A stretch of DNA of 64,000 nt, taken from positions 96,001 through 160,000 of the forward strand of contig JAWLHR010000003.1 in assembly GCA_041690295.1 (NCBI GenBank), read 5' to 3'. Below are positions 40,538 through 51,734 of the stretch, piece after piece. Numbering within the stretch: the first letter of the stretch is position 1; the number at the start of each line of letters is the position of its first letter. The position numbers and the translations under genes were made by a program. The notes below the pieces were generated by a model that saw nothing but the letters and a program-made list of their open reading frames with translations, ran no database searches and had not been told where the DNA came from. This stretch comes from Bdellovibrionales bacterium (GTDB lineage: Bacteria; Bdellovibrionota; Bdellovibrionia; Bdellovibrionales; UBA1609).

Positions 40538-43135
40538 ATGTACAAGAAATATCAACTCAAAAACGGCATGAAAGTGATTCTGGTGGAAAGCCACAAGAGC
40601 CCGGTGCTCTCCATCCAAATGTGGGTCAAGACCGGAAGTGCCGACGAAAAGAAGGGCGAAGAAGGCATCAGCCATTTTATTGAACACCTGGTGTTTAAAG
40701 GCTCCCGCCGCTTCAAGGTGGGTGAAATCGCCGCCACCGTCGAGGCCGCCGGCGGCGAATTGAACGCCTATACCTCCTTTGATCAGACGGTGTTCCACGT
40801 GACCATTTCCCGGGAATATCAGCATGTGGGACTGGAAGTGATTTCTGAAATGATGGGCCACCCGCTCTTTGACGAAAATGAAATCAACAATGAACGTGAA
40901 GTCGTCATTGAGGAGATCAAACGATCGGCGGATAGTCCCCACCGGCAGGCGAGCCGGCTTTTGTTTTCCACGGTTTATAAGAAACATCCTTATGGCACGC
41001 CGGTGATCGGTTACAGTGAGAACATCAAGACCGTCACCAGGGAAAAACTCACGAAATACTACCGGTCACGATACACGCCCAAGAACATGACATTGGTCGT
41101 GGCGGGTGATTTCAACGCCAAGGAACTGCGAAAAGATATCGATCGGCTGTTCGGGGGTTTTCCGAAAACCGATCTTCGCGTCGTGAAACGAGTCACCGTC
41201 CGTCCCGCCAAAACCGGATCGGTCGTGGTGGAAAAAGCCCCGTTCGCTGAGACCATCGTACACCTCGCGTTTCCCATCCCACCCGCCGTTCACAAAGACA
41301 TCGCGGCCATCGAGGTCTTCGCGCTGATTTTGGGTCAGGGAGACAGCTCCCGCCTGAACGTCAAACTGCGCTTGCAAGAGCACCTCGTGAATTATGTCGG
41401 CGCCAGCGTGTTCACCGCCCGCGACCCGGGTTTTTTGGCGATTTCAATGTCCTTGAGCGAGGAGAACATCAAGCCCGCGCTCGAGGCATTGGGTAAAGAA
41501 CTCGTGCGGGCCGTCACTGAACCATCCACTCAGGACGAAGTCAAAAAGGCGCTGACCAATCTAGCCTCTGAACAATTTTATCATCAGGAAACTGTCGACG
41601 GATTGGCGCGAACGTACGGCCACTTCCAGGATCTCTTCAATAACCCCGGACATTTTACGAAGTTCATCAATCAGGCGTCGAAGTTGACGGGGCGGGATAT
41701 TCTGCGGATCGGCCGCAAGTATCTGGACACTTCGGGATTTTCCATCGTCATGATGACACCCGCCGACCGGGATAAAATCGAACCCTTGGTTCAGAAGTGG
41801 AGCAAAGAGTTCCGCGCCGAAATTAAAAAAAGCAAACCAATGAGGTCCGCCAAATCGGGCCGCTCACGCAAACCGGTGTCTTTCTTAATCAAACGCCCAT
41901 CTCGCGAGGCACCGCAGGTGGAAAAATGGGATTTGCCCAATGGGATCACATTGATCACGCGGCCGAATTTCGACACGCCGGTGATCAGTCTTCGTTGCGC
42001 TTCGCTGGGAGGATCGCGCCTGGAAACTCGCGAAACCCAGGGAGCGACGGAACTTCTCTCGCGAGTATGGATCGCCGGCTGCGGCGATTTGAGCGAACGG
42101 GAAGTGAATCAGCGAATTGATGAATACGCCGCGAGTTTGAACGCTTTCGGCGGCCGCAATTCACTTGGGCTTTCGATGACATGCCTGAAGCCGTTCTTCG
42201 ATGACATGGCTCAGTTGTACTTTTTGGCGCTGACAGATCCGCAGTTCGAAATCAGCGCGGTCAATCGCGAGATTAAGGCCATGCAGGAGCACGTCAAACT
42301 AAGGCAGGACAATCCCGCCCAGCTTTGCATTCTGGAATTCATGAAGGGAATGTTTCCCGGCCATCCCTACGGACGCGACCCTTATGGCGACATGAAATCC
42401 ATCGGCCGGTTGAATCAAACCAGTGTGCGCCACATGTTCCGCAACAAGAGCGGATTATGTTTGGTGGCCTCGGGCGCCTTTGACCCCAAGAAACTGGTTA
42501 AAACCGTTGAAGAGCGGTTGGGTGATTTAAACCCGGGCCCGTTGGAGTTGCGTAAGATTCCGTTTCAATATCCCCACGAGGAGACACGGCTTTTTCAGCA
42601 GTCTGAAAAACAGCAAAGCCATATCGTGATCGGCCACCCGGGTTTAAGTATCACCGATCCGGACCGGTACACCTTGACGGTGATGCAGGCGATTTTGGCC
42701 GGGCAGGGCGGCCGACTGTTCATTGAGCTGCGGGATAAGGCCTCATTGGCGTATACGGTCGCGCCGCTCAGAATGGAGGGCCTGGAGGGCGGCTACTTTG
42801 GCGCCTATATCGGGTGCTCACCGGAAAAAAGTGAAACCGCCTTTCGCATGTTAAGAGAGGAATTCGATAAACTTCGGCAAACGCCCGTGCGCGATGAGGA
42901 AGTCACGCGGGCGCAACGGTACTTGATTGGAAAGCACGACATCGAACTTCAGCGCAATTCCAATCTGACATCGGGAATTTTGTTCGACTTCATCTACGGC
43001 TTGGACCATACCGAAACCTTCCGCTTCGCCGAGAAAGTTCGCGCGGTCACTCCCGAGTCCATTCGGGACCTCGCTTCGCGGATTTTCGCGACACCGCCGG
43101 TGATCTCACTGGTGGGCCCGAGCGCGCCCTGGTGA
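40538..43135 (+). CDS. M16 family zinc protease
   Basis: HFIEH (HxxEH), NAYTS; duplicated halves. Confidence 0.95.
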   Translation: MYKKYQLKNGMKVILVESHKSPVLSIQMWVKTGSADEKKGEEGISHFIEHLVFKGSRRFKVGEIAATVEAAGGELNAYTSFDQTVFHVTISREYQHVGLEVISEMMGHPLFDENEINNEREVVIEEIKRSADSPHRQASRLLFSTVYKKHPYGTPVIGYSENIKTVTREKLTKYYRSRYTPKNMTLVVAGDFNAKELRKDIDRLFGGFPKTDLRVVKRVTVRPAKTGSVVVEKAPFAETIVHLAFPIPPAVHKDIAAIEVFALILGQGDSSRLNVKLRLQEHLVNYVGASVFTARDPGFLAISMSLSEENIKPALEALGKELVRAVTEPSTQDEVKKALTNLASEQFYHQETVDGLARTYGHFQDLFNNPGHFTKFINQASKLTGRDILRIGRKYLDTSGFSIVMMTPADRDKIEPLVQKWSKEFRAEIKKSKPMRSAKSGRSRKPVSFLIKRPSREAPQVEKWDLPNGITLITRPNFDTPVISLRCASLGGSRLETRETQGATELLSRVWIAGCGDLSEREVNQRIDEYAASLNAFGGRNSLGLSMTCLKPFFDDMAQLYFLALTDPQFEISAVNREIKAMQEHVKLRQDNPAQLCILEFMKGMFPGHPYGRDPYGDMKSIGRLNQTSVRHMFRNKSGLCLVASGAFDPKKLVKTVEERLGDLNPGPLELRKIPFQYPHEETRLFQQSEKQQSHIVIGHPGLSITDPDRYTLTVMQAILAGQGGRLFIELRDKASLAYTVAPLRMEGLEGGYFGAYIGCSPEKSETAFRMLREEFDKLRQTPVRDEEVTRAQRYLIGKHDIELQRNSNLTSGILFDFIYGLDHTETFRFAEKVRAVTPESIRDLASRIFATPPVISLVGPSAPW

Positions 43136-43336
43136 AACAACTTTTATAAGCCTTGCTTATTTTTTGCATAATTTAAGGCCGTAAATTTTGAGACAGTCGG
43201 GTGTTAAATGCTCGTAGTTTATGGACCTTGGATGAAAAAAAAGCCTTCCCGGCGGGGAAATCCGTATTCTGCGCTAAAATGAAGGAAACAACCTCCGAAG
43301 TTTATAGAAGGAGTTTAATAGGAGGAGCGACTCAAA

Positions 43337-43960
43337 ATGAGTCAGGGTCTGAAGGATCAACAACCTATTTTATTCGCTTCACCCAGGGACTTCTTCCAGG
43401 ACCGCGTTGAGACAGCCATCAAACGCGTTAAATTTCGACCCATGCCGCTGTCGCGGGCTTATCTCGTCGATCTGCTCGAGCACTTCATGTTCGCGAAGAA
43501 TCTTTTTGTCGAGGACGCCGACGGAAAACTCCGCCGTGAAACATTGGCTGAAATCTATCTTCGGGCGCAAAATTCACCGTTGGGTGTACGCTTGGACCTT
43601 TTGAAGCGATTGGGAGACAGCAGTCTTTATATCTGCGGTTTCTTCGGTGACTCTCTGAGCCGATCGTTGGTGGACATGGATTATTACGTTGGTATGGGTG
43701 GAACCGCTTATGGGGCCTTATCATCCACCGCGGCGGATGAAGACACCTCTCAAATGTACAAGGAATTCTCCAGCCACTTCGCCGAATTCGTGGACGTCTT
43801 GACCTACATCAGCCAGGACGCCCAGGTGCAAACCAATTCCGACCTTCTTAAACTCTATGACCGTTACATCGCCACGGGCTCACGACTGGCTGAGGAGCAG
43901 TTGGCCGAACGCGGTCTTTTGAACCCGGATCTGCAAAAAACCAAGAACCGCAAGATGTGA
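43337..43960 (+). CDS. Conserved-looking hypothetical protein
   Basis: 207 aa ORF with AGGAGG RBS; LKRLGD..L...GFF, YYVGMGGTAY. Confidence 0.8.
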   Translation: MSQGLKDQQPILFASPRDFFQDRVETAIKRVKFRPMPLSRAYLVDLLEHFMFAKNLFVEDADGKLRRETLAEIYLRAQNSPLGVRLDLLKRLGDSSLYICGFFGDSLSRSLVDMDYYVGMGGTAYGALSSTAADEDTSQMYKEFSSHFAEFVDVLTYISQDAQVQTNSDLLKLYDRYIATGSRLAEEQLAERGLLNPDLQKTKNRKM

Positions 43961-44003
43961 GACCTGGATGGACAGACTCTGAGTCCGGGTGTACTTTTGA
44001 GTC

Positions 44004-44354
44004 ATGTTCAATCTTGGCTTTACCGAGCTCCTCGTATTGGGTGCGATCGCGTTGATATTCATCGGGCCTAAACAATTGCCTGAATTGGCGCGAACCGTGG
44101 GTCGCCTCTTAAATGAATTCAAACGCGCGACCGCCGACTTCCAATCGTCGATCACGGGTGAGTTCACCGATGATTTGAGGAATAGGATCGAAACTTCCCG
44201 CCGGCCCCCTGAACCCGTCGAGCTGGCGGCGGTGGAGGAGGAGGAAGAGCCGGTCACACCTCATCATGAATTTGGACCGGAAGCGATCACCACACCAATG
44301 GATCAACCCAAAGACGAAGCGAAAGATGACGGAGAAGGAACGAATGAATCCTGA
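44004..44354 (+). CDS. tatB: Twin-arginine translocase TatA/TatB subunit
   Basis: MFNLGFTELL...IGPKQLPELARTVG. Confidence 0.85.
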   Translation: MFNLGFTELLVLGAIALIFIGPKQLPELARTVGRLLNEFKRATADFQSSITGEFTDDLRNRIETSRRPPEPVELAAVEEEEEPVTPHHEFGPEAITTPMDQPKDEAKDDGEGTNES

Positions 44355-45093
44355 AGATTCGAACATGTCCTTGATCGATCATCTCACGGAGCTTCGCTAT
44401 CGTTTGGTCAAAGCGTTGCAAGGGATCGTCTTGGGAATGGCGGTCTGCATCTATTATTCAACGGAACTGTTCGCCATCATCCGTAAACCCATTCTTCCTT
44501 ACCTCGGTGAAACCGGAGGTTTGGTCTTCACCGGAGTCATGGATAAATTCATGGCTCACTTGAAGGTGGGAGCTTTGGGCGGGCTCATTTTGACTTGTCC
44601 CTATTGGCTTTATCACCTGTGGCAATTCATCTCACCCGGACTCTATAAAAACGAGCGCCGCTATGCCGCCGCCTTTATCGTGTGCGGCACGATTTTATTT
44701 TTAAGCGGCGTGGCCTTTGTCTATTACTTCGTCTACCCGACCGCGTTTGAATACTTGCTGAATTTCGGCGGAGATGTCGATAAACCGATGATCACAATCG
44801 GTGATTACTTGGGCTTTTTCGCCATGACCACGATCTTATTCGGAGTTTCTTTTGAACTTCCGCTGGTCTTGATCGTATTGGCGTTGATGGGAATTATCGA
44901 TGCCGGTTTTTTGAAGAAAAACCGTCGCTACGCCGTGGTTTTTCTCGCCTTTGTGTCAGCTTTACTCACACCGCCGGACGTAATCAGCATGGTGATGATG
45001 TTGGGGCCGATGATGCTATTGTACGAAGGCTCGATCTGGATCATTCAATTCCTTGTGCGTAAACGGCAGCAGAATTTGCCGACCATCAGGTAG
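44344..45093 (+). CDS. tatC: Twin-arginine translocase TatC
   Basis: HLTELR.RL, FISPGLY..E, FELP, TPPD. Confidence 0.96.
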   Translation: MNPEDSNMSLIDHLTELRYRLVKALQGIVLGMAVCIYYSTELFAIIRKPILPYLGETGGLVFTGVMDKFMAHLKVGALGGLILTCPYWLYHLWQFISPGLYKNERRYAAAFIVCGTILFLSGVAFVYYFVYPTAFEYLLNFGGDVDKPMITIGDYLGFFAMTTILFGVSFELPLVLIVLALMGIIDAGFLKKNRRYAVVFLAFVSALLTPPDVISMVMMLGPMMLLYEGSIWIIQFLVRKRQQNLPTIR

Positions 45094-45142
45094 GCCGTTC
45101 CTTTTCAGGATGCCGTGCATCCTGAAAAGGAACGGCCTACCT
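45088..45142. repeat. REP-like inverted doublet (26-bp perfect arms, 3-nt loop), probable terminator between convergent genes
   Basis: AGGTAGGCCGTTCCTTTTCAGGATGC-CGT-GCATCCTGAAAAGGAACGGCCTACCT. Confidence 0.9.
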
Positions 45143-45143
45143 T

Positions 45144-46724
45144 TTACAGGGTGATGGATTCTTTGTGGAGTCCGAACACTTTGCGGAGTTCTTCGGCGAT
45201 TTCGCCCAAGGTGACATGATTCTCAACGGCTTCGATGAACACCGGCATCAGGTTTTCGGTACCTGAGGCGGCATTGCGGATTTTTTCTAATTGCGCGGCG
45301 ATTTTAGCCGGATCCCTTTTGGCTTTGAATTTCTTTAATCGCTCGATTTGTTCGAGCGCAATGTCCTCGGAAATTTTTAAGCCGCCGCCGTTTTGCGCTT
45401 CATCTTCATTGATGAACTCATTCACGCCGACCACGATTTCCCGTTTGCTTTCGAGGTCTTTTTGAAACTGATAAGCGGCGTTTTGAATTTCGTTCTGGAT
45501 CCAACCCGACTCGATGCAGGCGATAACACCGCCGAGGCCTTCGATGCGCTCGATGTATTCGAGCGCCCGTTTTTCGATTTCATCGGTGAGTTCTTCAAGC
45601 AGGAAAGATCCCCCGACCGGATCCACGACATCGGCGACACCGGTCTCATGAGCGATGATCTGTTGCGTGCGAAGAGCGATCGTCGCCGACTTCTCGGTGG
45701 GCAAGCCCAGAGCTTCATCCATGGAATTAGTGTGCAAACTTTGTGTTCCCCCGAGAACCGCGGCAAGTGCCTGAAGCGCCACCCGCACGATATTGTTCTC
45801 GGGCTGTTGCGCGGTCAGCGTCGAACCCGCTGTTTGCGAGTGAAAGCGAAGTTTCATCGCGCTGGGATCAGTGGCGCCGAAGCGCTCTTTCATAAAGCGC
45901 GCCCACATGCGGCGGGCGGCGCGGAACTTGGCGATCTCTTCAAAGAAGTTGTTGTGCACGTTGAAAAAGAAACTAAGCCGTCGACCGAATTCGTCCACAT
46001 TCAATCCGCGATCCACGGCCGCTTGCACATAGGTCAAGCCGTTCGCCAGCGTAAACGCCACTTCCTGAACCGCCGTCGATCCGGCTTCGCGGATGTGGTA
46101 ACCGGAAATGGAAATCGTGTTCCAGCCGGGAACGTTCTCCGTACAGAACTTGAAAATGTCGGTAATGATGCGAAGACTGGGCTTGGGCGGATAAATGTAA
46201 GTGCCGCGCGCGATGTACTCTTTCAGCAAATCGTTTTGCACGGTTCCCTTGAGGCTCGCAATGGGTACGCCGCGCTTTTTTGCCACCGCAATATAAAGAG
46301 CGAGCAAAATGCCGGCGGTGGAATTGATGGTCATCGAAGTTGAGATGGTTTCCAAAGGAAGGCCATCGAGCAGAATTTCCATGTCTTCCAATGATGAAAT
46401 GGCCACGCCGACTTTACCCACTTCGCCGGTGGCCATGATGTGATCGGAGTCGTAGCCCATTTGGGTGGGCAAATCGAACGCCACGCTGAGGCCGGTCGTC
46501 CCGCGCTCCAACAGCATCTTGTAGCGCGCGTTGCTCTCACGGGCGGAGCCGAAGCCGGCATATTGCCGCATGGTCCACAAGCGGCCGCGATACATTGTTT
46601 CCTGAACGCCGCGCAGGAACGGATAAACGCCGGGCTCACCGAGCTTTTCCGCCCCGTAAACCCGTTTCAGTTCGATGTTCGATGAAGTTTTAAATTGCGG
46701 TTTTCGTTCTTTTAACGGCTTCAT
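45144..46724 (-). CDS. Methylmalonyl-CoA mutase, substrate-binding subunit (no B12-binding domain)
   Basis: WTMRQYAGF (Tyr), KEYIARGTY (Arg), [10 protein letters not shown]; no DxHxxG. Confidence 0.93.
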   Translation of the reverse strand: MKPLKERKPQFKTSSNIELKRVYGAEKLGEPGVYPFLRGVQETMYRGRLWTMRQYAGFGSARESNARYKMLLERGTTGLSVAFDLPTQMGYDSDHIMATGEVGKVGVAISSLEDMEILLDGLPLETISTSMTINSTAGILLALYIAVAKKRGVPIASLKGTVQNDLLKEYIARGTYIYPPKPSLRIITDIFKFCTENVPGWNTISISGYHIREAGSTAVQEVAFTLANGLTYVQAAVDRGLNVDEFGRRLSFFFNVHNNFFEEIAKFRAARRMWARFMKERFGATDPSAMKLRFHSQTAGSTLTAQQPENNIVRVALQALAAVLGGTQSLHTNSMDEALGLPTEKSATIALRTQQIIAHETGVADVVDPVGGSFLLEELTDEIEKRALEYIERIEGLGGVIACIESGWIQNEIQNAAYQFQKDLESKREIVVGVNEFINEDEAQNGGGLKISEDIALEQIERLKKFKAKRDPAKIAAQLEKIRNAASGTENLMPVFIEAVENHVTLGEIAEELRKVFGLHKESITL

Positions 46725-47251
46725 TACGATTGCGCGAAGGTCACCAGTGTCGCGCCGGACTCCACGTTTTCACCTTCCTTAACTAGAACCTCTTTGATTT
46801 TCACATCCGAAGCGGCGCGCATTTCATTTTCCATCTTCATGGCTTCCATAATCAAAATGGGATCGCCGGCCTTCAATTCATCTCCCGGTTTAACAAGAAT
46901 CTTAACGATTTTGCCAGGCATTCCGGATGTGAGGTTCGAGCCTCCGCCCATTCCACCGCCGGATTTGAGGCTTTCGTGTAATAACGCTTCCTCGTTGTAA
47001 ATTTTGAACACCCGATGGGCGCCGCGTGTATAAACCGTGTATTCGGTGCCCCGGTTCAACACGTCCACGAGGTAGGAGCTGTCTTTGTACAAAAAGCTGA
47101 TGGTTTCATCGAGGTAACGGTAATCCTCTTTTCGGATGTCGTGGTAAACCCAGTCCTTGTCGCCCTCACGCGTGCCAACACGCCAATGGGTTTTGGATTC
47201 CGTCACAGAGACCTGATAATGAACGCCTTCGGATTCAGCTTCGAAAAACAT
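46724..47251 (-). CDS. Biotin carboxyl carrier protein
   Basis: EAMKM biotinylation motif; TAATG coupling at both ends. Confidence 0.92.
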   Translation of the reverse strand: MFFEAESEGVHYQVSVTESKTHWRVGTREGDKDWVYHDIRKEDYRYLDETISFLYKDSSYLVDVLNRGTEYTVYTRGAHRVFKIYNEEALLHESLKSGGGMGGGSNLTSGMPGKIVKILVKPGDELKAGDPILIMEAMKMENEMRAASDVKIKEVLVKEGENVESGATLVTFAQS

Positions 47252-48756
47252 TACAAGTTCCTCATTGCTTTCTGCCGGCCGTAATTTTTCCACTTACTGG
47301 CCAGATTGTAATCGCTGACATCCCGCGATTTCGCCTGGTTGTACGCTTCAATCGCGGCGGAAATTAAGAAAACATCGTCATCCACGAACATGAAAAGCTC
47401 GCGATGTTTTTTGCCCGCGATCTGCTGGTCAATAAATTGTGTGGTGTAAGAGCCGTCCAGGAACGAAGGATGAACAAGGATGTTTTTATGGAGCACGATA
47501 TTGCTTTTGATACCGGTCAACATGTATTCGGCCAGCGCCCGTTGGGCCCGCTGAATACATTCTTCCCGGTTGGATCCCCAAACGATCAGCTTGGCGATCA
47601 TGGGGTCGTAATAAATCGGCACTTCGTAACCCGGATAAGCGCAATTATCGAGCCGTACGAACGGTCCTTGCGGTGTTCGGTGCTTAAGAATTTTTCCCGG
47701 ACTGGGCGTGAACGACACCGGATCCTCGGCGCAGATACGGAGCTCAATGGAGTGTCCGCGCAGTTTGATGTCCGACTGTTTGAACGAAAGCGGATGGCCC
47801 GCGGCCACCATAATCTGTTCTTTGACCAAATCCAGGCCGGTCACCTGCTCGGTCACCGGATGTTCCACCTGCAACCGAGTGTTCATTTCCATAAAGAAAA
47901 ATTCTTTGGTCTTGTTGTCGAAAATGAACTCGATGGTTCCCGCGCCGACATACTGGATCGACTTGGCGGCGCGAACCGCGACTTCGCCCAGTTTTTCCCG
48001 AACTTCCGGCGGCACCGAAATCGATGGTGATTCTTCAATCAGTTTTTGATGCCGGCGCTGCATGGAGCATTCGCGCTCGTACAAGTGAACCACGTTGCCA
48101 TGAGTGTCGCCGAACACTTGAACCTCAATGTGTTTCGGGTTCTGCACGAAGCGTTCAATGAACACGCGATCGTCTTTGAAGTAGTTTTTGCCTTCGGACT
48201 GACAAGCGCGGAACGCGCTGGGCAAATCGGCGGGATCATGCACCACCCGGATCCCTTTGCCTCCGCCGCCGGCCGAAGCTTTTAAGATCACCGGATAGCC
48301 GATGCGCTGCGCTTCTTTAACCGCTTGATCCGCGTCGGCCACCGCGCCGTCGCTTCCCGGAACCGTGGGGACTCCGGCTTTCTTCATCAATTCCCGCGAG
48401 GCGAGCTTATCACCCATCGCGAGGATGTTTTCGACCGTAGGTCCGATGAAAGTTAAACCAGCCTCTTTGACCGCTTTAGCGAAGGCCGGCGATTCACTCA
48501 AAAACCCGTATCCAGGGTGAATGGCATCCGCGCCGGATTTTTTGGCGATCTCAAGAATCTTTTCGATGTTCAAATAGGACTGAGCACTGGGTGAAGGACC
48601 GATATGGTAGGCTTCGTCGGCCAACATAACATGCATTCCGTTTCGGTCCGCATCGGAATAGACCGCGACCGAAGTGATCCCAAGTTCACGCAATGTGCGT
48701 GTCACCCGGATCGCGATTTCGCCACGATTGGCGATGAGAATTTTTTTAAACATCAT
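47251..48756 (-). CDS. Biotin carboxylase (acyl-CoA carboxylase alpha)
   Basis: ANRGEIA, HPGYGFLSE, EMNTRLQVEH, YDPMIAK. Confidence 0.96.
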   Translation of the reverse strand: MMFKKILIANRGEIAIRVTRTLRELGITSVAVYSDADRNGMHVMLADEAYHIGPSPSAQSYLNIEKILEIAKKSGADAIHPGYGFLSESPAFAKAVKEAGLTFIGPTVENILAMGDKLASRELMKKAGVPTVPGSDGAVADADQAVKEAQRIGYPVILKASAGGGGKGIRVVHDPADLPSAFRACQSEGKNYFKDDRVFIERFVQNPKHIEVQVFGDTHGNVVHLYERECSMQRRHQKLIEESPSISVPPEVREKLGEVAVRAAKSIQYVGAGTIEFIFDNKTKEFFFMEMNTRLQVEHPVTEQVTGLDLVKEQIMVAAGHPLSFKQSDIKLRGHSIELRICAEDPVSFTPSPGKILKHRTPQGPFVRLDNCAYPGYEVPIYYDPMIAKLIVWGSNREECIQRAQRALAEYMLTGIKSNIVLHKNILVHPSFLDGSYTTQFIDQQIAGKKHRELFMFVDDDVFLISAAIEAYNQAKSRDVSDYNLASKWKNYGRQKAMRNL

Positions 48757-48763
48757 CCGTCCT

Positions 48764-50332
48764 TTATAGCGGGATGTTCCCGTGTTTCTTGGGTGGGTTC
48801 GTGTCCCGTTTGTTCTTCAACATTTCCAACGAATCAATCAGGCGCTTGCGCGTGGTCGCGGGCTCGATGATTTCATCGATGTAACCGACCTCCGCCGCGA
48901 CGTACGGATTGGCGAACTTGGCTTCGTAATCACGAGTCAGCCGCGCCCGTTCGGCCGCGGGATCCTTCGCGTTGGCGATGGCTGAGCGGAATATAATGTT
49001 CACCGCTCCCTCCGCGCCCATGACCGCGATTTCCGCCGTGGGGTAAGCCAAGTTGATGTCACCGCGCAGGTGTTTTGACGACATCACGTCATAAGCGCCG
49101 CCATAGGCCTTACGGGTAATGATGGTGATCTTCGGTACGGTGGCCTCGGCATAGGCATACATTAATTTGGCGCCGTGAGTGATGATGCCGTTCCATTCCT
49201 GATCCGTTCCCGGCAAGAATCCCGGAACGTCCACGAAAGTCACGATCGGAATATTGAACGCATCACAGAATCGGATGAACCGGGCCGCTTTAATGCTGGC
49301 CTCGATATTCAAGCAACCGGCCAAAACTTGCGGCTGATTGGCCACGATGCCGACCGGCCGGCCGTTCAAGCGGGCAAAGCCCACGACGATATTTTGCGCG
49401 TACGCCTTGTGAACTTCGAGAAAATAACCCTCATCGACGACTTTCGTGATGAGTTGGACCATGTCGTAAGGCTTTTTCGAACTGTCAGGAATAAATGTAT
49501 TCAGTGATTCCTCGATGCGGTCCGGGCGGTCCTTGGTGGGAAGAATCGGCGGATCGTCGAGATTGTTGGACGGCAGAAAATTCAACAGTTCGCGAATCAT
49601 CAACAGACAGTGGCGATCATCTTCGGTGGCGAAATGAGCCACACCGGATTTGGTGGCGTGAGTGACGGCGCCGCCCAGTTCTTCCTTCGTCACTTCTTCG
49701 TGAGTCACGGCCTTGATCACGTCGGGTCCGGTGACGAACATGTAGGACGTGTTTTTCACCATGAATATGAAGTCGGTGAGCGATGGGCTGTAAACCGCGC
49801 CGCCCGCGCACGGACCCATGATGGCCGAAATTTGCGGGACCACCCCGGAACTCGTGACGTTCCGAAGGAAGATATCAGCATAACCGCCAAGCGCTTCCAC
49901 GCCTTCTTGAATGCGGGCGCCACCCGAGTCATTCAATCCGATGATCGGCGCGCCGTTTTTCACGGCCAGATCCATGATTTTGATGATTTTGTTGGCCTGC
50001 GTGCGCGACATGGAGCCGCCGAAAACGGTGAAATCCTGCGAGTAGACGTAAACAATTTTACCGTTCACCCGGCCGTAGCCCGTGATCACGCCGTCGCCGG
50101 CGATCTTCTGTTCACCCATTCCGAAATTACTGCAGCGGTGGGTGACGAAACGGTCGATTTCAACAAAGCTTCCGGGATCAAGAAGCACGTCCAACCTTTC
50201 CCGCGCGGTCAAACGGCCGCCTTGTTTGTGTTTTGCGATCCGGTCCGGACCGCCGCCGACAAACGCGGCTTCGTTGCGACGCTCGAAATCTTGCAATTTC
50301 TCTTCGGTCGTATGTGGAATTTCAACGTCCAT
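48764..50332 (-). CDS. pccB: Propionyl-CoA carboxylase beta chain
   Basis: [32 protein letters not shown] before ATG 50332. Confidence 0.93.
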   Translation of the reverse strand: MDVEIPHTTEEKLQDFERRNEAAFVGGGPDRIAKHKQGGRLTARERLDVLLDPGSFVEIDRFVTHRCSNFGMGEQKIAGDGVITGYGRVNGKIVYVYSQDFTVFGGSMSRTQANKIIKIMDLAVKNGAPIIGLNDSGGARIQEGVEALGGYADIFLRNVTSSGVVPQISAIMGPCAGGAVYSPSLTDFIFMVKNTSYMFVTGPDVIKAVTHEEVTKEELGGAVTHATKSGVAHFATEDDRHCLLMIRELLNFLPSNNLDDPPILPTKDRPDRIEESLNTFIPDSSKKPYDMVQLITKVVDEGYFLEVHKAYAQNIVVGFARLNGRPVGIVANQPQVLAGCLNIEASIKAARFIRFCDAFNIPIVTFVDVPGFLPGTDQEWNGIITHGAKLMYAYAEATVPKITIITRKAYGGAYDVMSSKHLRGDINLAYPTAEIAVMGAEGAVNIIFRSAIANAKDPAAERARLTRDYEAKFANPYVAAEVGYIDEIIEPATTRKRLIDSLEMLKNKRDTNPPKKHGNIPL

Positions 50333-50353
50333 CGTGTCTCCTCGCATACCCGC

Positions 50354-51643
50354 TCACGGATAATTGCGGCCATAGAGCCGCGGAAATGGAATGGTCTCAC
50401 GGACATGCTGAATGCCGCAGATCCACGCTACGGTTCTTTCCACGCCAAGCCCGAAGCCCGCGTGTTTAAAAGTGCCGTACTTACGCAGATCCAAATACCA
50501 TTCAAAGTCTTTCAGATTGAGATTGTGCTCCTTAATCTTGCGCACCAAAGTGTCGTAGTCGTCTTCACGTTGTCCGCCGCCGATGATCTCACCGTATCCT
50601 TCGGTGGCCAAAAGATCGCAGCTCATGCTTGAGCCGGGCTCGTCGGGGTCTTCTTTCATGTAGAACGCTTTGACCGCCGCCGGATAGTGATGAACGAACA
50701 CCGGTTTATCGAATTTGGAGCTGACGATGGTTTCATCCGTACCGCCGAAGTCGTCACCGACTTTGAACGACGGATTTTCCTTAAGAATCAATTCAACGGC
50801 TTCCTTATAGTGCAAGCGGGGGAACGGCGCTTTGATTTTCTGAAGCGGTTCAACGTTGCGCTCAAGCGCTTTCAGCTCTTCCGCGCGGTTGGTGATCGTT
50901 CGCTGGACAATGTACTCAACGAACTGCTCGGCCAATTCCATATTGTCGTAAAGGTCATTGAACGCCACTTCGGGCTCAACCATCCAAAACTCGATCAAAT
51001 GCCGCCGTGTCTTGGATTTTTCCGCCCGGAACGTGGGGCCGAAACAATAAACTTTGCCGAAGGCGGCCGCCGTGGCTTCCATGTAAAGTTGGCCGCTTTG
51101 AGAGAGGTACGCCTTCTCATCAAAATACTGGGTTTGAAAGAGGGTTGAAGTTCCCTCACAGGCGTTCGGCGTAAAAATCGGAGCGTCGGTTAAAGTGAAT
51201 CCACGGCCGTCAAAGAAGTCACGGATGGCCTTAACCACTTCCGAACGAATACGGATGATCGCGTGTTGGCGCTTTGATCGCAGCCAGAGATGACGGTGGT
51301 TCAACAGGAAGTCCGGGCCATGTTCCTTGGGCGTGATGGGGTAATCCACGCTTCCCGACAAAATCGCCAGTTCGCGCGCGCTGATTTCAAACCCGCCGGG
51401 ACTTCGCGGCTCCGCTTTAACCACGCCGGTGACTTGAACACAGGACTCTTGAGTGAGTTTCTCAAACTCTTCAAAGGCTTTGTCTTCGCATTCACCACGA
51501 AAATAAACGCATTGGGTTATTCCGGTTCCATCTCTTAGAAGTAGGAATTTGATTTTTCCTGAAGAGCGGTGGTTATAAACCCAACCGTTCAATTGAACAG
51601 TTTGGCCAACGTGATCTTTCAGATCGGCAATGGTTACCCGCAT
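50354..51643 (-). CDS. asnS: Asparagine-tRNA ligase
   Basis: [40 protein letters not shown]. Confidence 0.95.
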   Translation of the reverse strand: MRVTIADLKDHVGQTVQLNGWVYNHRSSGKIKFLLLRDGTGITQCVYFRGECEDKAFEEFEKLTQESCVQVTGVVKAEPRSPGGFEISARELAILSGSVDYPITPKEHGPDFLLNHRHLWLRSKRQHAIIRIRSEVVKAIRDFFDGRGFTLTDAPIFTPNACEGTSTLFQTQYFDEKAYLSQSGQLYMEATAAAFGKVYCFGPTFRAEKSKTRRHLIEFWMVEPEVAFNDLYDNMELAEQFVEYIVQRTITNRAEELKALERNVEPLQKIKAPFPRLHYKEAVELILKENPSFKVGDDFGGTDETIVSSKFDKPVFVHHYPAAVKAFYMKEDPDEPGSSMSCDLLATEGYGEIIGGGQREDDYDTLVRKIKEHNLNLKDFEWYLDLRKYGTFKHAGFGLGVERTVAWICGIQHVRETIPFPRLYGRNYP

Positions 51644-51734
51644 AAAGCTCCGCAAATCGCCATTCAATATATGGAGAGAAATGGTCTAGCATGTCCCGGC
51701 GGGCCTTGGGAACTGGTGCAGGTAGCGCGCCGTG

